Positions 56,593 through 64,000 of a DNA stretch of 64,000 nt are shown here, piece by piece. Position numbers and translations under genes: made by a program. This DNA is from Amphiscolops sp. MND2022 (Eukaryota). The notes under the pieces are model-generated. The model searched no databases and was not told the DNA's origin. It saw only the letters and a program-made list of their open reading frames with translations. Within the stretch, counting starts at the first letter, position 1. Each line of letters begins with the position of its first letter. The DNA lies in contig OZ076409.1 of the NCBI GenBank assembly GCA_964187785.1, positions 37,512,001-37,576,000 of the forward strand, read 5' to 3'.

Positions 56593-59500
56593 ATGCTCCC
56601 CACTCCATTTACAGTCTCTACTGATAAAAGACAAAATCGATCTCTTATACAATATGTAACACCTTTTCTACAAAATATTATCTTTCAGTACACTAACCCA
56701 CTTCCATTTGAAACAGAACCCCATATTTTACACACTATTCCATTAATACGAGAACATTGTGATTCCTACTTATATTATATCCAATATAAAACACTTGACA
56801 TAACACCATCACAAACCCCTTTCCAAGTTATTTTTAATCCTGTTAAAGGAATAAACTCTGGAACATTTTATAGAACTATACATCCACAGAATATTACACT
56901 TTCTATACAAGATGTTTTTCGCACATACATGCAAAAACTCATTAAATTCAATGAACACCAAGACATACCACCTTATCGTCCTTCTCATTTACAAGAACTA
57001 AAACACTTATCTGAATATTTCGAAGTCCCTGATCTTGACACAAAAGTTCAAAGACATGGTAACCCTCATTATTGGCTACAACGAGATATAATACAAATAA
57101 AGAATTTCGAGTTCAAATTCTTTACAAAAATTACCCTTACAGATGACACTATACCTCAAGTCAAAATTTTTACACATTTCTTATTAAAATTCTTTAGATT
57201 TAACTACCAATTACTTTGGGAACAAAAAGACCAAAACGCTTATACTAACTTCCCAAAAGCATTAACAGATATAGAACTCTTACCATACATCATAGACAAA
57301 AAAAAACAAACACTTACATTACATAGATCTTACTTCATTAAATGTTACACATTTTGAACAAATAAACCTAGATCACAACTTTGTACTTGAACATTCTGAA
57401 ACGTCAGATAGTAGACCTTATATTACATCTGATACTTTACATCAAACAACTCTTCAAACACAAACCTTTAATGTTGAACCTCCATATATCAGACAACAAT
57501 CAGAACAATCAGAACAAGAATCTATAACACAAGAAACACTTGTTCATCTTTTTCAAAATTCTGATTCTCCTCAAGAACAATCGCCACAGCCACCACAATC
57601 ACAAATCTCTGATACACGACAACCAAATCCGTCTGAAACACATACACTTCCCAATACATCAGAAGTTTCTGACGAAACAGTACAAAATCCACAAAGTTTT
57701 ACAATAACTGAAGACTCCAATCTTATAACAATTCCTACCCACAATATCACCCAAAGGACTACAAATCAGAATCAAGACAACCCTTCAAATGTCATCACAG
57801 ACAATACTTCTGTTTTATCTCCATATAATACTAACATTACACAACCCTCTCAGACACAAATAATACCTCCTCGAAATTATGATCCACCTCCTATTCCATC
57901 TCAATTCTCAGCTCAAATAAATACTCATGTCTCTCCTCAACCAAGCTCATCAAATACACACTCTATTACACAGAACAATAATACAGTACATTTCCAAACA
58001 CCAACTCCACCTTCATCTTCTGAAATACAAACTTCAACTTATACTCCAGCTCAAACTAACCCAGTACACACTACACAGCCTACTTTAAATATTAATACAA
58101 TTCATTCTAACCCGCTCTCTAACTATACTACAGCCAGACATCTGTCTCGACCTCCATTACAACCTATCTTAACTGACCCATTATCATACAATCTTACCAG
58201 TACCAATCCAAGTCATACCCAACAATCTCAAATAAATTATAACACACACAACCAATTAAACACTCTTTCTTCCCAGCATACATCCAATACAATCCCTCCT
58301 ACATTACAAACCTCTCACTTTCAAATATCAAATCCTCCTTCAACAACAATTAGAACTAACCCTCACTTTCATAATACTCTAACTATCCCTTCAACTAATA
58401 TTTCAAATCATCCTACGTACAATACAACACCTCCATCTACTATGTCTCATAACACTATGTCACATCCAACATATATTAACTCTTCTACTTCTATATCAGA
58501 ACCCATTAAACCTTTTGATGGACTCGATCACAACTATACACCTGAAGAATATTTACAACATATTGAGGCACGTGTTACATTCTCCTTAGGTCTACAACCT
58601 ACATCAGGACATGAATATAAATTTTGGCACGCCCGTCGCATGGCTTTCATACAATGCTCTTTAACAGGTACAGCACTCAGCTGGTACATTCGTTTAAACG
58701 ACACCTATAAACATGATTGGCACGCTTTCGTACAAGCTTTCAAAAAACAATTCTCATCACAAAAGAACGCCTACTATGCTCAAGTTGAAGCCCTTAACTT
58801 AACAAAGAAAGATAATGAAACAGTACGTCATTTTGCACTCAAAGTTCAACAACTGGTTGAAAAAGGCTGGTGTAATGAGAATGCATCTACTATAAACCTT
58901 AAATGTAATGAAATCTTTACAAAAGGACTTCCAAAATCCCTTAAAGACTTTGCAAACAAAAGACAAGTAAAACATACCTCCACTGTCTTAGAACCTTCAA
59001 TTCCTTTCCATACTTTGGTAAAACTTGTTGACGCTGAAGATATTGCAAACGACAAAATTAGAACACATGATCTTGCACTTGAAATCAATAATATTACAAA
59101 ACAATTGAACACTCAAACCCTAGATCACCCATCTCAAGAACAACTTATGTATACACAACCCAAAGACCCAAATAACAAAAATAAACCTGCATATAAAAAA
59201 TATTGCTCATACTGTCATAGAACAAATCACTCCATTTCTGCTTGTTTCAAAAAACAACGAGATGATCAAGATAAACGAGAAGCATATGCTCGATCAAAAT
59301 CTCCACAAAAATCATTCGTTCAGTACTTTCGTTCCCCTTCAAATGACAAAACAAAACACTATGATAATCGATATCGAAGTCGAAGTACTTCACGAGACAA
59401 CTCTTATAACCAAAAATATTCACAAGATCGATACCGTTCTACATCTCGAGATAGAGACCGATTTCGTTATGATAAAAGTACTACTCCTCCACATTACTCC

Positions 59501-60349
59501 AGATCAAGATATGATACATATAAACGTGATTCTCGATCTTACCGTTCTCCTTACAGATCTTCTTATAGATCTCCATATAGACCCTATTCAAGAGATGACA
59601 AATTTAACAAATACACAAATTCATATAGACCACCTTCTAGACCAAGAAACTCTCGATTTTCCAGATGCCGATCACATTCAAATTCCAGAAATAAAATCAA
59701 TATAAGACAACAACAAGAACAAACTGATCCTATCAAATTTGAAGTACACATGTATCACCCAACAGCAATGGCAAATGTTGTCACACCTACAAGTTGGTTT
59801 AATACTCTATATGTACACACCCCATCAAGTATAGTACAAAGAGATAACCCATCTAGATTAGAAATTGCATTCCTCCTAGATAGCGGTGCTTCCATTTCTG
59901 TACTCAATTACCCAACATACATAACCCTTACAAAACTTCTCGATATCAGACCAAATCACACCTCTGATGTTGGACCAACTAGAAATTCCAAAACACTAAC
60001 TGTTGCAAACCAAACTGAAGTTCCTATTTTACACTATGCAAATATCATTCTGAACACCACTATTGACGAAAACTCTCGATACTTTTCAGTACCCTTCGCA
60101 GTAGCTGATATTAAATACAATATCCTTGGCACACCATTCTTCGAAGACAATATACAAAACATAAACATACAAGACTTTACACTCGAATTTAAATACCAAT
60201 CAAAAACACACCCAAATTATGCAAAATTTACAACACTTCTATCTAAAGATTATCCATACTTCTCCTACATTTATAGAATTAACTCAAAAACTCAAATACG
60301 TTTAAAACCCAAATCTTCCAAAATTGCACACTTTCCGATCAAAAATTAA
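56593..60349 (+). pseudogene. gag: Extended gag-protease: unknown N-terminal domain, S/T/P/Q-rich linker, capsid, CCHC knuckle, RS-rich tract, aspartic protease
   Basis: ORF 56593..57357 joins the gag frame across the A9 run at 57298-57306; motifs IKPFDG, CSYCHRTNHSISAC and LLDSGA. Confidence 0.85.
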
Positions 60350-63300
60350 CATAATCTTCATTTTACAACTACACCACAAAACCACTTCTTTCCTTCAGTA
60401 CCTCATACCTATTTTGCTACCAAATTCCGTACGACTTTCAATTTTATTGAAGTTTTTACAGACGACAAGCCAGACATATGTGCAACTATTATTCAAAACA
60501 CTTCAAAACATATTGCAACGCTACCTACAGGACATATTGGCTACATTGAAGTTCCAATTACTAATGAAAAACCTAAATTCTTCCAAGTTAACGACATTAA
60601 TACCTTAATACATAATGTTACTCATACTTACCATCCTGATATTACTGAACCACTTCCACAGACCAATTATATTGTACAATATGATGATCCTACAACCCCT
60701 CCTCCACAATTCTCTCTACATCAAATTTATATGACAAATGACAACATTCCAAACCAAACTTCTCCCCTATATAACGTTCAACCTACTTCTCATACCTCAG
60801 AAAAACGCATTTTCCCTTCTCTTCCATATACTTCTGAAAATCTGAAATTTATTAACAAATTTAATTTCCAATTTTCTGACCTTACCGATTCAAAATATAT
60901 TACTCTTTGCAATATGCTACTCAAATATAAAACATGTTATGCAACCCATAAAAACGATGTTGGAAAAATTTCAACACCCTTTCGTATACGACTTAAACCA
61001 AATGCTCAACTTATGACACAACGTCCTTCCAAAGTCCCTATTCATTATCGAGACAAATTAAATGCACTTCTCAAAGAACTTGAAAAATATAACATTATTA
61101 AACAAATTGGTTCTTCTCCTCAAGACAAACCCGTTTATGGCACAACTTATTTAAATCCTCTTATTATAATCCCCAAGGGAGATACAATAAAATGTGTATT
61201 AGACGCTCGACATCTTAATTCCAATACAGAACAATCTGATGAATCTTGGCCTATTGAACCTCTTGCTCCACAACTAGCACGCGCAAACAAAAAGTACAAA
61301 TCTGCTATTGACCTTATGTATGCCTATGCACATACACCTCTTGACGAAGATACTATAAAACTTACTAGCTTCTCTTCAGGAGACAAACTTTTCGCTTTCA
61401 TACGAGGCCTTTATGGTCTCAAAGGACTACCAAATTTCTTTACAAAACAAATGTCTACTTTCTTTAAAACTCTTATAGAACAAGGTTTCGCGCTTGTCTA
61501 CATTGACGATATATTACTTTTATCCGACTCTAAAGAACACATGTTTCAACTCATAGAACAATTACACATTATCAGTACAAAAAATAATCTTAAACTAGCC
61601 CCTGAAAAATCCTTTTTCATGCTCCTCAAAGTCAAATTCCTTGGACATGAAATTGGTTACAATACAATTAAACCAATTCATTCAAAAATTGCAGCTGTTC
61701 ATAAGATCCCTTCTCCAACTGGCAAAGTTGCCCTAATGAGTTTCATTGGCGCACTCAATTTTTACACCAAATTTATTGAAAAACTACATATTAACCTCAA
61801 ACCATTTTACGATCTTTTACATGAAAACACTCCTTGGAAATGGACAGACGAACACGAAAGTCTATTCCAAAAACTTAAAATGTCTCTCACTTCTGAAACA
61901 GAATTAACAATACCGAACACAAAACATCCATTTTTCATTACAGTTGACGCTTCCCTTATTGGATTAGGCGCTGTCTTATTCCAGTTAAATGAACAAAACA
62001 AAATGAAAGTCATATCGTACAACTCTCGTATACTTAACCCACAAGAACAAAAACTCTCCACACTTGATAGAGAACTCCTTGGTATAGTACACGCACTTCA
62101 AATCTATGAATTTCTTATCATAGGTTCTCCACATCCAATACACATTTTCACTGATCACAAACCTTTATTACATTGTTTTACAAAGAAAGGTAATCTCAGC
62201 CCTTGTTTCTATAGAGCTCAAATGCAATTGACAAAATTTTCAAAACTCAAAATAATTCACACCCCAGGAAAAAATCTCTCTGTTGCCGATATGTTGAGTC
62301 GCTCATTCACAAAAACTGAATTACAACTTAACCAATTAAAACATAAACACCTCCCACCACAAATCGATTTTGCACTTATACAAGATAACACTCTTAAACC
62401 TGTACATTACTTAATAAAACATGAAGAAATTTTACCTCATCAAAAACATGACTCTCATCCAATTCTTGCTGATTATGGTACAGATCAATTTTCTATTCGT
62501 ATCAATGATAAAGGAAATGACATTATTGTAAAACCCTTACAATCTTTTTCATTCAAATCTGTAACTCCTTTTCAAACCAAATTTAAGACACCTACAAAAA
62601 GGAATAACAAAACCCTTCATCAACAATCTCTCTTACTCAATGATACTGACGTTACAAGTGATGACGAAGATCATATTTACACCAGAATTCCAAAACCTGA
62701 CTCTTCCTTCTCACAAGATACTACATTACAAACAGAAAATTATTCTACTCTTAAACAACCAAGTCACAACACCTCACAGAAATCAATTTCCGCAATAATT
62801 GTACAACCAAATTTACCATCTCTCACACACTGTCAACAAATTATACCTTTTTACGATACATCATTTTTTAAGTACAAAAACTATTTTCAAGGTTTCTTCC
62901 TCCCTGATGATTACTCCTTAGACATAAAAACTCTTCAACAACAACAATCTCAAGATCCGGTTCTCAGAACTGTTTATTCTTGGTTACTAAATAATGAAAA
63001 ACCCGAATTTATAACACCTCTTATCACTGGTACTCCATTTCTACATGTATATTACAAAAGATTTTCACAACTTTTCATTGATGAATCCACTAATCTTATT
63101 AGTTTGTATATTACAAACCCCACTGTTAATAACCAATCCTCTACTCCAAATTTTGTACAAGATACTATTCGCATATGCCTACCTTTTAGACTGTTTAAAA
63201 CTGTCTTTAACAAACTTCATGAACATTCTCACACTGGTATGAAAATCACCTACAATACATTCAAACAATATTACTATATTCCATTCCTTGAAAAATGGCT

Positions 63301-64000
63301 TTCCATTTTCATCCATGACTGTATTGAATGTCAACGTAATAAGCACTTCAATATGAAAATTCAAACTGCTCCTACACAATCATTTTCAGAACATGCTCCA
63401 TCTTTCAACTATAGAATCTCAATGGACACTAAAGGACCTACTAATCCTCCTTCTCATAACAAATCCTATATACATGTAATAATTGACGCTTTTAGTCACT
63501 TTGTTGTTACAGTACCCATCAAATCAAACAACGCAAAGACTGCTATCAAAACTCTCCTACACCATTGGATTATTAAATTTGGAACACCCATATACCTTGT
63601 CACTGATCGTTGATCAGAATATGTTAACAAAGAAATGGCACACCTTTGTACACTTATGGGAATTCGTCATTCTCCTAGAACAGCTTAATCTCCTTGGACA
63701 AATGGACTTGTTGAAGTACAAAACAGAAATCTTGGTACTCATCTTCGAATGTTCCTACATGACACACCTAAAGATTGGGCATTTCAAGTCCATATGTATG
63801 CTTATGCACATAATTCACAACCACTTTCAGAACTCAATGTTTCACCTCACGAAATTGTTTTCCATACTAGACCCAGAATACCCCTCACATTTGATTTAAA
63901 CCTTAATCGAGATACCTCCAAGACATGTATTTCACGCTATTGCTCTCAACTCCCTGAACACTCTCACTATGATAAATCAGATTTAAACCCATTCTTCTAC
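60350..64000 (+). pseudogene. pol: pol (RT, RNase H, integrase) in the same frame as gag; stops at 60347, 63611 and about 63686
   Basis: YIDD; DAS..GLGAVL; TDHKPL; ADMLSR; HEHSH..CIEC; SMDTKG, IIDAFS, VTDR*SEY and NGLVE. Confidence 0.93.

Larger units (their letters stand above)
55060..64000 (+). mobile_element. Large Ty3/Gypsy LTR retrotransposon, running off the right edge; few disabling mutations
   Basis: Putative 5' LTR ends at CA 55479 (start about 55060 or 55242); PBS-like TGGTGCGACC at 55482; gag-PR-RT-RH-IN order. Confidence 0.93.

Noticed and set aside
60347..60349. Programmed stop-codon readthrough between protease and RT
   Set aside because: It lies after the protease, and the same frame has other point-mutation stops (63611, about 63686), so decay is the simpler explanation.

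Overview
This is AT-rich eukaryotic (animal-like) genomic DNA dominated by transposons; it is not prokaryotic and has no CRISPR array or rRNA. (1) One spliced host gene lies on + with 14 candidate coding exons from 4863 to 35245. Splice phases are consistent at every junction except exon C to D. It encodes a long low-complexity region, a coiled coil and a C-terminal SAM domain, recalled as similar to the Drosophila SKIP / SASH1-type C-terminus. (2) Its introns hold stacked insertions: a complete but decayed Ty3/Gypsy element with LTRs and a GACAA TSD, containing a Helitron-like insert; a CR1/L2-type LINE with an esterase-like ORF1 and a 2A/StopGo motif; a second Gypsy relic containing a MULE-like MITE that itself holds a hAT MITE; and a CCC-terminal TIR element carrying a CGGBP1-like hAT transposase relic. 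(3) 35284-53953 is a hierarchy of tandem duplications (3 x 1632 bp, about 1.7-1.9 kb, about 6-8 kb, and a 232-bp VNTR) joined at 3-4 bp microhomologies. (4) Both window ends are Gypsy elements. The left one (minus strand) has an A_AAA_AAC -1 frameshift site. The right one is G-depleted, with two small membrane-protein ORFs and a ~600-aa unknown extension ahead of a fused gag-pro-pol; it is the best candidate for something undescribed. All calls come from manual reading and no database searches were run.
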